A stretch of 50,593 nt of DNA, filler included, from Catajapyx aquilonaris (taxonomy: Eukaryota): assembly GCA_000934665.2 (NCBI GenBank). It is 3 parts of 3 records of this genome, joined end to end, with 100 filler letters (N's around TTAATTAATTAA, not from the genome) between each part and the next. Parts side by side here need not be neighbours in the genome. Positions count along the whole stretch, not along the records: positions 33,800 to 50,593 come from JYFJ02007106.1; 2 more parts are not named here. One strand, given 5' to 3'. The notes under the pieces were generated by a model that saw only the letters and a list, made by a program, of their open reading frames with translations, did no database searches and was not told where the DNA came from. The translations under genes and the position numbers were made by a program. Each line of letters starts with the position of its first letter. Position 1 is the stretch's first letter. Below, piece by piece: positions 50,016 to 50,593 of this stretch.

Positions 50016-50460
50016 ATGGACGATTTTATTCCCCATACATGTGCCGGATGTATGTTGAATTCATTCGATTTTTTTTCTATGGCCTCCGATCGCGATAAAC
50101 TCCTCCAGTTCCTGCACAATCATGGCCTGATTAAGGACACTTATCCATGCGAGGTATGTGGGAGGACATGCCGTATAAACTGGGAAAACCTTTCCTTCAG
50201 ATGTCAGAGATCCATAGCGGTTGGGAAAAAAAAGAGAAAAAACCACACAGATTTTATCGTTCAGCACTGAAAAAAACTTTTTTCGATAACTCTCATTTGT
50301 CTCTCTCCAATATTTGTGGACTGGTGTATATATGGCTCACAAGAGATCCACCTCGCCAGACTTTTATAGAGAGGGATCTAGGGATTACAAGTCACACTGT
50401 CGTAGATTGGTGTTCGTTTAATAGGGAAGTCCTGATTCATTGGGGATTATCACAAGACTC
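50016..50460 (+). mobile_element. Merlin (IS1595-like) transposase N-terminal fragment
   Basis: FLHNHGLIKDTYPCEVCG...FRC, a frameshift near an A-run, then RSALKKTFFDNSHLSL...HTVVDWCSFNREV. It is truncated before the DDE core and followed by a GC-rich ggggggctccgcccccc terminal-like segment. Confidence 0.82.
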
Positions 50461-50593
50461 GCTTTGCGAGGCGGGGGGGCTCCGCCCCCCCACACACCCC
50501 CTTGGGGCTGCGCCCCAAGTGGCGCGCCTTCGGCGCTACGCGTTCCCGCCCGGGCGTACCCAGCACCGCTAGAGAGCTGGAAATAATAACCTG

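Overview
Eukaryotic (metazoan, probably arthropod-like) genomic DNA made of three separate ~16.8 kb contigs joined by artificial 100-nt spacers (N44-TTAATTAATTAA-N44 at 16799-16898 and 33700-33799). Contig 1 (1-16798) has no gene I can recognise; it holds a TATCGAT-rich tandem array, a V-SINE-like element and a visible shift to CpG-poor sequence. Contig 2 (16899-33699) carries a very compact four-gene cluster with mostly 55-90 nt introns: NDUFV3(+), CWF19L1(-), DNAAF3(+), GNL2(-). I could splice all four by hand into full-length reading frames. They are flanked by MITE-like inverted repeats, a 33-bp minisatellite and a THAP relic. Contig 3 (33800-50593) is the most unusual part: a dense patchwork of about 20 short coding fragments from many unrelated transposon groups (IS3EU, Penelope-like with a hammerhead-like motif, YqaJ/SWIM, Kolobok, SGNH-ORF1, EnSpm, Sola, hAT, Harbinger-Myb, mariner, Merlin). 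All the fragments I recognised lie on the + strand, while the only host-gene fragment (Homer) is on the - strand. This layout resembles a uni-strand, flamenco-like piRNA cluster. Family assignments come from motif recognition from memory, not from database searches.
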